From the NCBI GenBank assembly GCA_008632985.1, contig QPGO01000008.1:228979-292978 (forward strand): 64,000 nt of DNA, written 5' to 3'. Positions 24,391 to 35,880 of the stretch are shown piece after piece. Below the pieces are notes generated by a model. That model was not told where the DNA came from. It worked only from the letters and a program-made list of their open reading frames with translations, and did no database searches. Position numbers and translations under genes: made by a program. Source of the DNA: Psammoneis japonica (lineage: Eukaryota). Each line of letters starts with the position of its first letter. Positions within the stretch are counted from its first letter, which is position 1.

Positions 24391-26909
24391 ACAGCTCTGA
24401 AATTTTTGCCTGCATGGCCTGCCAGGCACTGCCAGTCATGTTCTCAGCTTGTGCAACTGTTGGGTTGTTTGGCACCACTGTGCTTGTGTGGGTTGGCTGC
24501 AAAGATCAGCTGCAAAAGCAGAAGCTGCACCTGATGCAACAAACAAACAAACTTTGTGGACCAGCACAAACATGAAAGTTTCATTCTTGGCATGAGCCAA
24601 AAAAGATCATGAAAACTGAGACACAAATGTTGTTCAAAAACAGATGCGCTGCATCTGACTGGAGCAATGTTCAACATCCAGCTGCTGAACAAACAAGAGC
24701 TCACAACTGAAATGCATCAGGAATGAACAAATGCCAACAAAAGGATGCATCTTCAAGCCAATTCAAACAACCTGAAAATCACATGCAAATGAGTGCAACA
24801 AAATGTTTTTCAAATGATGGCATCTCTTCCAGAATGACACACAGGCAATGATCACCTGGCCAGCTGACTCAGCTCCATGGCAAAAGGCACATGAGCCATT
24901 GCCACCATGCAAACAATGCAAAAATGCAGGATTGATCCAAGCAGCATGCAAACAATGACAACATTGCAGGAAGGCACCCACAACGCCAAGGAATCTGCAC
25001 ACACCAACAAAGAAACACTTCAGGACATGGGAGCAGGCAGCTTGCCACAAACAACAACAAAGTGTCACTTTTCTTTTGAATTTTTTTGTTTTTTGAAACT
25101 CAGACACAAGTTGGCAAAAATGGCCAAAGATGAGAAAGAAAGTGCTGCTGCATTGAACACAGCAGGTGAGCAAAAACAGCAGCATTGTGCCACACTTGCC
25201 AAAAAACATGCCAAAATGACAATTTCTCTGCTGTCTTCCACCAGGGATTTTGCTTTCACATCTTGCAATGAAAAGCTGTCACAAAAGTCAACTCTCTTTG
25301 AAACATGAAAGACTGGAGCATGGTGCCATGCCAGCACAGCCAAGAACACCACCAAGGTGCAAGACAGACTGCAAGAGACAATGGGGCAGACATTGCAATG
25401 GAGTGACAGCACCAAAGAACAAGAGCAACAGAGGAGCATGCACCAAACATCGGACATTGCCAGGGCAGAAAGCAACATTGTCAGAAACCAAGAGTTGCAA
25501 AATGCAAGCCAGCTGACAAATGAACAACTCAAATTGTTGGAATGCTCCAGCCAAGGAATGACAACAACAACAACAAATTGGATTGACTTGGGCATGTGCG
25601 CACAGAAATGAACCATGTTTCATTTGTTGCAGTCTCTTGCTTTGCTGTCTTGTTGGTTGAGACAGCTGATGCTCTGACATTTGCAGCTGTTTTGTGCTGC
25701 AAACAAGTTCAAAACAAATCTTGTCAAAAGCCCACACACTTGCTGTGAGACCAAATTTCCTTGAGTCTGGTGGTTTCCTGTTTTGCCAACTCAGTTGATT
25801 GTTCAAATTGATTTGTTCACTCTGAACAAGCATTTGACAAAAACACAGGCTTCTCATTGAGCAAACTTCAACTCTGAGCAAGAGCAGCAGCTGCACTTTC
25901 CAGATGCAGAGGAGTCACATGTTGTTTTCCACTGACCAGGTGCACACAAGTGTCTCAACAACTCTGGCTTTGCAGTGAGCCTGGGCCACCCAAATCTGCC
26001 CAAGCTGCTGTGCCATGTCTGTTGTCAATGACATCAGAGCACTTGCAAGTTGAGTGTCAGAAAACCAAAGAGAAAGAAGAAACTCTTGAAATGACCTGAT
26101 GGATGGCTGCACCAAGCAATTTTAATTGTTGTGCCCAGATTCATTGGAAGGGCTTTGGTGCCAATTGGTTGTTGTCAGCCCTCAGGGGTGCAATGTGAAG
26201 TTGAGCACTGTGTCTGTTTGTTTTGTTGCATCAAAGGGCTCTTGTTGTTGCCCTGTCAAATCACATTTGGACATGTTGGGAGTGTCTCCCACAGCCACTG
26301 GTGTCCAAATCAAACAAGCTTGCTGGAACTTTGTGCACATGTGATTTGGAATGCAACAGCTCTGCACAAGGCAATCTAGTCATCCTTTGTGTTGATTTCA
26401 TCCTTGTGGCAAACCTGCTTCCTCTGCTTTCATGGATCTGCATTCCATGTTTGTTGATGGATTTTTCTGACCTTGCAATGTCATGATTGGCATGGTCATG
26501 CCAGCATGCTGCAATTTTTTGGTGCCACAAGAAACCCTTTTGTAGATGACTCCAAAAGACAAGCACTTGGTGGAAGCATGGAAAAATCCAGAAACTGGTT
26601 CATGGGAACAGCCGGCTCATTGGGATGTCACTTGCCAAACAACAAAGACAAAGCTTTTCATGACACCCAGAGAGCAAGTTTGACCGTGTAATTACAACTT
26701 GCACGTCATTCGCACTGTTACGCAACAAAGTTAGTGAAGCTTATTGAGGGTGCCAGTTCCAGTGCGCGTTGTAGTTGGAGTGTGAAAGTGCTGCGTCCGT
26801 AGGAGAGAGCCATCCGGATTTCAACTCCGGCAGCAATGGTAAAGAACATGGACACTAGTCTAATGGTGAAACATTCTATAAAAAGGATTGCTACGCAAGA
26901 TTTCCACAA

Positions 26910-27785
26910 TCATGGAACCTCATTCGACGAATCTATTGATGCTGTGGGGTCAAGTTCACTGTTGCTGTCAACGTTGCTTTGCACTTGTAGACAAGCACTA
27001 AATGGTCGATGATCGCTTGCAATTACACCATCCACATGTGCAGTAGTGCTGATACAAGCAAGGTTAGACCTGCTGTAGAGTATGTAATCCAACTTCATTC
27101 CGCCCTTGAAAATACCAGTGGAAGGAAAGGTGCCGGCGTTGCTTGTGTGAGCATCTGCCAGTGCCTTTTTCAGCTCCTTGACAGCACGAAACCAAGGCGG
27201 ACAATTGAAATCACCAGCCAAAACAAGCGGCTGGCTTGTTTTTGACTGTAAATGTTGGACAAACTCTATCAGCTCCAAAGCCTGTTGTAACTGTTCGCCT
27301 CCGCGATAGTGGCACCCCAGGTGCGTGCATACAACCCATATACTACCACAACTCGGTGTATTGATGCTGCAGGCTAGAGCGTTTCTAGGCGTCTTTGAAA
27401 AATAGGGAGAGTATTCCAGAGTCTCGACGTCTTGAATAGGCCATTTGGAAAGAAGGGCAATCCCAAACTGTCCCTCGCCGCTCTCTGTAAAGAACTCAGA
27501 ATTTGCCGACTTGTCTGCTTTGCAATAAATGGCTCGAGCAAACTTTACATGAGGATAGCCCGCTATGCCAGCAATAAGTGCAGGCTGGTCATCGCCATGT
27601 ATCTCGGACCAAACTCTTGTCACTTGTTGCGTTGCGTTGACCTCGACTTCTTGCAAACACACCACGTCTGCATCTACGCCTTTCACAACCTCAGCGATTC
27701 TTTCGACTGAATACTTTCCGTCAGACCCAACACAGCTATGAATGTTGTATGTCAATACGGTAAGCTTGCGGTCTCCTTGTGTCAT
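26910..27785 (-). CDS. Endonuclease/exonuclease/phosphatase (EEP) family protein
   Basis: LTYNIH, VCLQEV, CTHL, AGDFN, LDYI and SDHRP motifs. Confidence 0.9.
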   Translation of the reverse strand: MTQGDRKLTVLTYNIHSCVGSDGKYSVERIAEVVKGVDADVVCLQEVEVNATQQVTRVWSEIHGDDQPALIAGIAGYPHVKFARAIYCKADKSANSEFFTESGEGQFGIALLSKWPIQDVETLEYSPYFSKTPRNALACSINTPSCGSIWVVCTHLGCHYRGGEQLQQALELIEFVQHLQSKTSQPLVLAGDFNCPPWFRAVKELKKALADAHTSNAGTFPSTGIFKGGMKLDYILYSRSNLACISTTAHVDGVIASDHRPFSACLQVQSNVDSNSELDPTASIDSSNEVP

Positions 27786-28007
27786 GATCGCCGTAATGGG
27801 TGTACAATGGTTTTTGTTGGCCCTTCAAGCTTGAAGGCTTCGCCTCGGCCATTGTGAATTGTCGAACTTCACTTTCTGCGATTTTCCAGCTCATCCGCGC
27901 GAAAGAAGGTGCGCGAGACAAGAAAGAACTGTTGGAGATTTGTGGATCAAACATGATGGCCGCCATCTCATCAAAGATCATGGATAAACCACAGTGACAC
28001 TCATACA

Positions 28008-29858
28008 ATGTCGACAAACAGTACAGAAAGCAGCTGCGACAGTTGCAAAGACTCAACCACGGACATTGAAGATTTGGTGACTTCAAAGATCCTCCTCCTC
28101 CACTCCGATCTCGATCATGGTTTGGCGGTGCAAACAAGGATGCCTTTTATCATCGTAGTTGGATGCAAAACCAAGGCCATCCTCCAGAAATGTTGGACGG
28201 GCGACCCGTAATATGTATAGTGAATACGTGGTCTGGCTTTACTCCTTGCAATGGGCATTTTCGAGAGCTGGCTCAGTCAGTGGCCAACGGTGTACGCCAA
28301 GCTGGAGGATTTCCTCTGGAGGCACCCGTGTTTAGTACAGGAGAGAGTTGCTTGAGACCAACAGCCATGATGTTTAGAAATCTCGCAGCCATGGATGTAG
28401 AAGAGCTGCGGGCGAATCCGGTCGACGGGTTCGTGCTATTGGTGGGCTGTGACAAGACAACTCCTGCTTGTATGATGGGAGCTGCTAGTACAGATTTGCC
28501 GACAATTGTGGTCTCTGGTGGGCCCATGCTTAATGGTCGGCACAAGGGCAAGGTTGTTGGGTCGGGTACTACTCTATGGCAGATGAATGCCGACTTGAAA
28601 GCTGGACGTTTATCAAAAGAAGAATTCTTTGCCGCTGAGGCTGGCATGTCTCGTAGTTCTGGAACGTGTAATACCATGGGAACTCTAGCCTTATTACTCA
28701 CACCTTGTCTTATTTCATTCCTTCTTTCCAGGCACTGCGTCCACCATGGCTTGCATGGCTGAAGCTCTAGGAATGACGTTATCAGGGAATGCTGCAATCC
28801 CCGCTGTCGATGCTCGGAGAAAAGCACTTGCTCATCATTCCGGCATTCGTATTGTGGATCTCGTGAAAGAGAATGTCAAACCATCAGATATCATGACGAG
28901 ACAAGCCTTTGAGAATGCGATTCGTGTCAACGCTGCAATTGGCGGTTCCACCAATGCAGTCATTCATCTGCTAGCAATTGCCGGACGTGTCGGAGTGCCC
29001 CTCAAACTCAGTCATTTCGATACGGTTGGCAGAAATGTTCCTACCATTGTCAATCTAATGCCGGCTGGCGAATATTTGATGGAGGAATTCTACTATGCAG
29101 GAGGTCTTCCCGTTGTGCTGAAACAACTCATTGATGCCGGTCATGTTGCAGGTGACGCCATGACTGTCACGGGATATTCCGTTGCCGAGAATGTCATGAA
29201 TGCCGAAAACTACGATCCCAAAGTGATTCATCCTGTGGATTCTCCATTAAAGGAGTCGCATATTGCGGTTCTGACAGGGAATTTGGTCCCCAATGGAGCC
29301 GTCATCAAGGTATCGGCGGCATCAGCGCACCTTTTGAATCACTCGGGACGTGCCGTAGTCTTTGAAAACATTGATGACTACAAAGCTCGAATTGATGATG
29401 AAAATCTTCATGTCGACTCGGACAGCATTCTTGTCTTGAAGCACTGTGGGTTACGAGGTTATCCAGGTATGGCAGAGGTTGGAAACATGGCGCTCCCGGC
29501 AAAACTCTTGAAAGAAGGGGTTACTGATATGGTTCGGATATCCGATGCCAGAATGTCGGGGACTGCCTTTGGCACAATCGTTCTTCACGCCGCTCCAGAG
29601 GCTGCCGTCGGAGGACCAATCGCATTTGTGCAAGATGGTGACATGATCACGCTCAATGTGGAGCGCCGCCAGTTGAGTCTAGACATTCCAGAGAAAGAGC
29701 TTTCACGACGAATGAGTAACTGGACCCCGCCAGAACCCCCTGTCGGCGGGGGATACGCACAACTTTTCCATAACCACGTGGAAGGACCAGAACTTGGAGC
29801 CGATTTCGATTTTTTAAAGGGGCGTCGTGGAGCCGACATTCCGAAAGATAGCCACTAG
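28008..29858 (+). CDS. IlvD/Edd-family sugar-acid dehydratase (L-arabinonate dehydratase-like)
   Basis: PCNGH, GCDKTTP, TCNTMGTASTM, GGSTNA and SDARMSGT motifs with a C-terminal DSH. Probable intron at about 28680-28731 (donor lacks its T) and a frameshift near 28090. Confidence 0.9.
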
Positions 29859-30263
29859 CTTCTCGAGAAATTTGTCCTCGGTGATGCACAGTGAAACAAC
29901 GATGTTCATTCAACAGACGGGTTGCAGATTTTCAAGATGGCAGAGATAATTAAAGCCGGTGCCGAAATCAAAGTACAATGCAAGATGCAATCAGTTACTT
30001 CTTGGGAAGTGGTCTTTACACGTAGTAGATTTGTGATAGTGGTGGTCGTAGGAGGGCATATTCGAGGTTGGATTCGAAACGCTAGGATAGGTACCATACC
30101 TAAGTTGTTGAACCTTGACTCAAAAAACTACCAAAGTGGAGGAGGAGAGTACAAGGGCGCACTCTAGCTAGACTTTAGGGCACGATACAGGAGAAGAGGC
30201 GCAACATACATTCTACTCAATCCATCAGAGTTGTCTATAAATCGTTTTCAACACAGGAATTGT

Positions 30264-32531
30264 TTAGTTCACACCAAGCTTGCGACTACGGCTTAGCTTG
30301 GACTTGATACCAGTCTCTTCGCCACCATATTTGTGTCCCTCGTTGGTTCTCACTTCACGCACAGTGCCCTTTCGACGAATGAGAGCCTTGCGGTATTGCT
30401 CTCGTTTCTTCACACGAGGATTGCGATTGAGTTTGGACTTGTGGGCCACCAAGCCCCTATTCTTGAGAATTGTCCGCCCAATGGCACGTTCTCCTTCCAC
30501 TTCCTCGTCCATTCCAGGATATTTCGGTGCAACCCGGTACAGGTCCTTCTTGTAGTCCTTCTTGGCTTTGACGTGCTTCTTTACTTGGCTGTAAAAATCG
30601 TCACCGTCGTCGCTCATTTCGTCCTCGTCATTGTCTTCACCCCCGTCCTTTTCTTCTCCATCGCTATCAAATAAGCCTTCTGCATCCATCATGGCCAAGC
30701 CTCGGCCAAGATTATCGTCTTGGATATCTTCTTCTTCTTCCTGAGCAGCTGGTGCCACACGGCGCTTTCGAGTTTGAGAACGCTGTTCGATAGCATTCAT
30801 GGTGGATGCTAGTGTTTTCGAAGCACGTTTAGCATTCTCATCTTCATTCCCGTCACTGCTTGGTCCGAAATGAGACCAGGAGATTCGCTTTCGCTTGGTC
30901 TTCTGCTTTTTATCGTCACCTGTTGCTGTTAATTCTTGCGGCCTCAAACCAAACCGCGCATCGTTCAAGACCCCTTGTGCAATTGCATCTCGGTCCTCCT
31001 CCTCATCCTGTTCCATATCATCGTCAGCGCCCGCGAGTTGTTCCTCTTCACTGTCGCTTGCTTCGGAAGATGTAAGTGTAGGCTGGTCCACCAAGTCGTT
31101 GTTCACCTCTTTTGAATCCTCTCCGTCTTTGCTCTCTTCCTCAACGTCTTCGGCCTGCATAAGCTCTGTAGCTTCCAACAGTTTCTCTAGTTGCTCCTTC
31201 AGACCTCCCGTTTCTTGAGTTTCTTCCACTTTGCTGTTGCATTTCTCCAAGAGAGCATTGTATTGTTGCAGTCGCGTCAAGATTGGATGAGAAAATGTGG
31301 CAGACGCCGTGTCGTCGTTTTCATTTTCGCTTGTTCTGCCTTCAACAATAGATACGTGGCGACGTTGAGTGCCGTGGATGCTTGGCAAGCTGATTTAGAC
31401 ACAAGATACTGCAATCCCATGGACGTTGTACCAATTTCCTTTTTACGCGAATACAAAATAAAAAAAAGCGTGTGAGAAGTTGCAAGGGCAGACGATGGTT
31501 GTATGTAAACGCCATTCAAGCGGAACGCTTTCATTAAAGGGTAGAAAGATCCGTAGGATATAGTTGGCGCCGTTGCTATTGCACTGCTTTTCTGCCGACC
31601 TGTCAAAACTTCCAACGCTAAAGGCGTTTCAAGTCGATGCGAGCAAAACGAGACTTTCAAGCATTAAATCATGCAAGATGGCGCTTCGTTTCGCATCATC
31701 TTTCCAAGCCAGCCTATCATGGGTGCTTTTGTTTACAAAGATTGTGCAAAAGATTCCTGCTCACCTCGATTGTTTCCTTGTCAGCCTTTAGTAGGGTTGA
31801 TGTCACAACTCTGGTCTATCGTCATAATCTTGTACAACCTTTTTAAAATGCTGCACCAAGGGCAGAACTTCAACGTGATGCGACTCTAGGAATTTTCGTT
31901 GCTCTCGTTTCGTCATTTTGTCCTTGCGTTTTTGAAGAGTGCTAGCTAGCTGTATCTCTTCCTTTTCCTTCTTTTCCTCCTCACCTTTGCTGTCTTCCAT
32001 TAGAAAATCGCCCTCGTCCATGTCTTCGTATCTCTTCTGAAGCACTTCTTGGGCCGCTTCTTCTTCCACAAACGCGTCATCCTCATCTTGTCCAAGTTCC
32101 AAATCAGCCGTATCGCCATGGTAGTATTGAGACTTGGAAGTTCCCCATCCAGCACATCCTCCTGTTCCTCCATATCCTCGTCATCATCATCAGAACTGCT
32201 CGACTCGATTGCAGCTTCTTGTTCGTTGCTCTCGTCTTCGCTAGTAGAACTACTACTGCTACTGCTATCGTCATCATCGTCTTGCACATCCAAGCCCAAA
32301 TCCAAAACTGCCTCGTCTTGCAAACTCTCATCATCATTGTCATCTTTGTCTTGTTGAAATTTAAGAAACTCTTCTTGTTCGCGTCGATTATGGTACTGAT
32401 CTACCTCATTGTACATAAAGTCGTCGTCGTCGTGCTGCTGCTTTTCACTTCCACCAGAACTACTACTACCAGACTCTTGTAGAGAGCCACATCACCCGTC
32501 TTGGCAGTATGACGACCGCCCTTTCTCCCAT
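30264..32531 (-). CDS. UTP3: Sas10/Utp3 small-subunit processome component; frameshifted in this assembly
   Basis: C-terminal RAIGRTILKNRGLVAHKSKLNRNPRVKKREQYRKA and YGGEETGIK, with an acidic N-terminus. Confidence 0.85.
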
Positions 32532-33028
32532 GCTGCTGAAATATAACAACAACGACAACAGTCAACGATGGGCACGATGGGAAGAAAATAAGATGGAATG
32601 ATGCGCGGAGGGTCAGAAAAATATGTGTGGTGGGGAGCAGGTACCTTAGCGGGCGGCAAACAGACAAAACCACCCGGATAATCGATTCGATCGTGATGGT
32701 CTGATGGGATAGGTCCCTATGATAGAGTTTGGCGGATGAGAAAGAAAACTTTAAAGACCTACAAGATATCATTACCAAAAAGGAAGAGAATGTCACTGTA
32801 TAGTGCGGTACTCGCATCTGACGAGTTTGAGCGCAGCTGTGTCTCATTCAAGAAGCATAGCGCTTGGAGCGAAACATCTCATGTGTTATGATGTTTAGCA
32901 AATTAAGTTAAGTTAGCCTGCAGTTTTCCAAAATTGTCACTGTTAGATAGCATAGCTCAAAGCTCGGTAATCAAAGCTTCGTTTCTCTCGTTTACAAAAC
33001 AACGAGTTCATGCTCTTGTATGGCATTT

Positions 33029-34505
33029 TCAGACCGATGAGAGCAATCGATCGAGTTCGCCAGACTCTTGCAGTGCTGCGAGCCCCGGTCCTCCGTCTTG
33101 AGTACCCGAAAACAAACCTCCCACGTGTTTGCCACCAATAAACACATGAGGTAAACTGCTTTGGCTTGTCATTTGCAACAGCTCGGCTCGTATGGCACTC
33201 TCCTCCTTTCCAAGTAAAAACCATTCCAATCCCAATTCAATCTGTTTGTAGTTGCTGCATCCCGCATCTTGCAAAAGTGCAATGGCTTGGGAAGAAAACG
33301 GAGACAACCCATACGTGTAGATGACGACGTGATTAGATCCAATAGTTTCTTCGATCGTCTTTCGCGCTCGACGAAAGTCGTCACTATCCGCACCAAGCAA
33401 CTGTGCCTGTAGTTTGTTCTCTAATGCAAACAATGGCTTCAAGAGATTCATGAATTTTCCAGCCGGTTTCAGTATTCCTCGGCCTCGCTTGTTCTTGTTT
33501 GCGTCTTGGTCATCAAAAAACCCAAGTGGGTTCAGAGCTGCTTCTTCACCAATAAAGGGTGCAAGAAACGTTAGTGGTCGAGACATTGTTTCGGAATAGG
33601 TCAGCACACCTCGATGACGGTACTCATAAAGGGCTTCACCGGATTCATCAAAGAGAAAGGTTGCACCCCGTTGATCAATGACGGCTGGGTTGCTTACATA
33701 GGTATCCCACTTGGTCAGCACCTCAACCATGTTTTTCAGTCGAACAGTAGCAAGCTCGACTGGCCTCTGGTATCCTCGTTCATCCGCCCACCACTGCGAA
33801 TAGCTCAAGGGTCCAATCTTTACTGGCCCAACGCCGGGCCAATTTTGATGAAACCGGCAGTCACAACGTCATTCTCGGCAAAGCGTTCCGGTGCGCTCTT
33901 GTCTCCAAAATACCCCGTAGAATTTCGGGAAGCGTCCCAGGAGCACCAATCCCTGCGCACATGGCAAGATAATTCAGCCACGCTTTTGCAGTGGGGCGAA
34001 TAAGATTTTTGTCATTTGGAACACCACCGGGCAGAGTCGACAAAACAAAGGAAAGGAGATCATCCGATATTCCTTTAGGGACATCCCATCCTGGTCCGGC
34101 GTGAAGACCTAGCTCCTTGTGAAGCTTCGCGTCGGGATCAACCCGTAGCATGCTGAGCGGCAATGTTGTATACTCTGAGAATGCCTTGCAGCACTTGCCC
34201 GTGTCACCAATCCCAATCACCCTTAGTTCAATCCTGGCATTCTCAAGCTGAGGTTGAATAGCAACCAGTTGCTCACATAACTCGGCCGAATCGAATTCCC
34301 CCAATTGCGGCAAAAGAACAACAAGTGCTTTCTTGTCGCCAACACCATCAAGTGGATCGCATGCTTGACCGGTTTGAGGGTCCAAAACTCCCTTGGCTGC
34401 TCGAATTGACTTGTACACTGGGGATGCAAACGCAGAAGCAAGAGCTGCTGTCTCCAAAAGTACCGGTAGCACGGTAACGAAAACCCACAACGAAAGAAAT
34501 CTCAT
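33029..34505 (-). CDS. Plastid-targeted AhpC/TSA-like (peroxiredoxin-like 2) protein fused to a glutaredoxin-like domain
   Basis: Signal peptide followed by [25 protein letters not shown] and QRGATF motifs, then a C-terminal [14 protein letters not shown]. Frameshift near 33900. Confidence 0.75.
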
Positions 34506-35512
34506 TGCTATTTTCGAAAGTCCTTTTCTGGAGAGCGACCGTAGCGTACTGTATGCCGTATGGTACTTCTATGACAGCAATTGCGTCATGGTCGGACGAT
34601 ATAGCGACTGCCGCCGCGTCGTGATGCGGATGATGATGGGCTGATGGTGAGGTGAGAGCGAGAGGCAAGAAATCGTGGAGCTTGGAGCTCGTAATGACGT
34701 CACAGGTTCGCAGATAGCACACAAAATGTGACAGTGGAAATGCCGTTGGTTTTCCCGCCACATTTTCAAAAAAATTTGAAACGGCGAACCCGGGAAAAGT
34801 GAATTCAGAATCACTTTGCTAATTGTTGCACGAAGCACACAAAAATCGTCATTTGACTTTTTGAAACACGTCGTCGTCGCGATTGCCATGGTTGCTTCAA
34901 TTCTGTGCTCAAGGTGAGTCGATCGTCTCGTTTTCGTTGCGCATTGGATCTGCTGGAGTTGAGTCATTGAATGTCATCCGCACACGACTGCCATGCAGAC
35001 CTGAAGGCTTGGGTCCTTGATGGTTTTCCTCTGTGCTGTGTTTGATTGCGCACATCTTTGGAAGTCGGTTCGAGGTGAAATGACGATTGCCTGTCAAAGC
35101 AGTCCGTGGTGTTCCGACGGAGATGCACCACGATTGCCAGCAAACTCGCTTCTTGCGTGTGCGCTGAATGCTTGTAAACATCCAATGTGGCAGTGACCTG
35201 GTGCCAACCAATGCACTTTTTAGTGCAACAGTTGTTCAAGCAGGAGCCATGTGAGGGCCAGCCTCTGCTTTCTTTCTTTTGAATGCACGCTGAACGCCTG
35301 CAGACGTCGTGGACTGGGACGGTGTGTTTGACAACCCCGAAGGGCAGCCTTTTTCGTGAAGGTTGTAAGGTGGTTCAGACCGCTTGAGTTGCTTGTTGAG
35401 CATCTCACATCTGATCCTCCGCAGGTTTGACACTCCTGTGGGTCGCCGGGCCGTTGTGTCAGCCATGTTCTCCATGTCCCACAGCGTTTGAAGATCTGCT
35501 TTGTTGCGTTTG

Positions 35513-35559
35513 TCTCAGTGGATCGTGTCATTCCCACTTAGATGCAGGGATCTCTGTCA
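35513..35559 (+). repeat. 5' LTR (47 bp)
   Basis: 45/47 identical to 41353-41399 and followed directly by the PBS. Confidence 0.85.
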
Positions 35560-35880
35560 GGTTGTGAGCAACGCTTGCACAGACGTGCAAGCAAGGCTCC
35601 TCCACCACTGCCGACAACACATTTTCCTCTCGTTTCGTTGTCGACGACACCGGCAGAGAGCGCTCACATCGTAAACTTTGCCACTCCATCGATGACAATG
35701 ACGTCTGCGTCTCTGATGCTGATTCACGCCATTGCTGTTTGTTTTTGCAGCTGCTTGCATGGGCATCAGTGCACCTTCTACGTGCACTGCGATCTCCTTG
35801 GGTGCACGCCACAGAGATCCGACACATGCTGCCGCTGCGTGGTGGAACGACATTGATTTTTATTTTCATTGTCGCTCACC

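Larger units (their letters stand above)
20545..26690. mobile_element. Degenerate repeat/TE block 1, TpA- and CpG-depleted; family unidentified
   Basis: About 9 TA dinucleotides in about 6.1 kb, very few CG, and a large TG/CA excess. Contains tandem arrays and decayed coding-like sequence. Confidence 0.7.

Noticed and set aside
20452..26691. Dense overlapping Cys/His/Trp/Gln-rich ORFs in all six frames (also at 41400-43900 and 61170-64000)
   Set aside because: They are a by-product of TA loss, which removes TAA/TAG stops and Tyr codons. No recognisable domains are present.
20521..26717. Terminal inverted repeats bounding block 1
   Set aside because: Only CAGT/ACTG match at the ends, with no extended complementarity or clear TSD.
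35511..35773. Alternative 249-bp 5' LTR (TG at 35511 to CA at 35759) with PBS tgggcatcagtgc
   Set aside because: Similarity to the 3' end stops after 47 bp, exactly where the TSD and the GGTT(A>G)TGAGC PBS fall.
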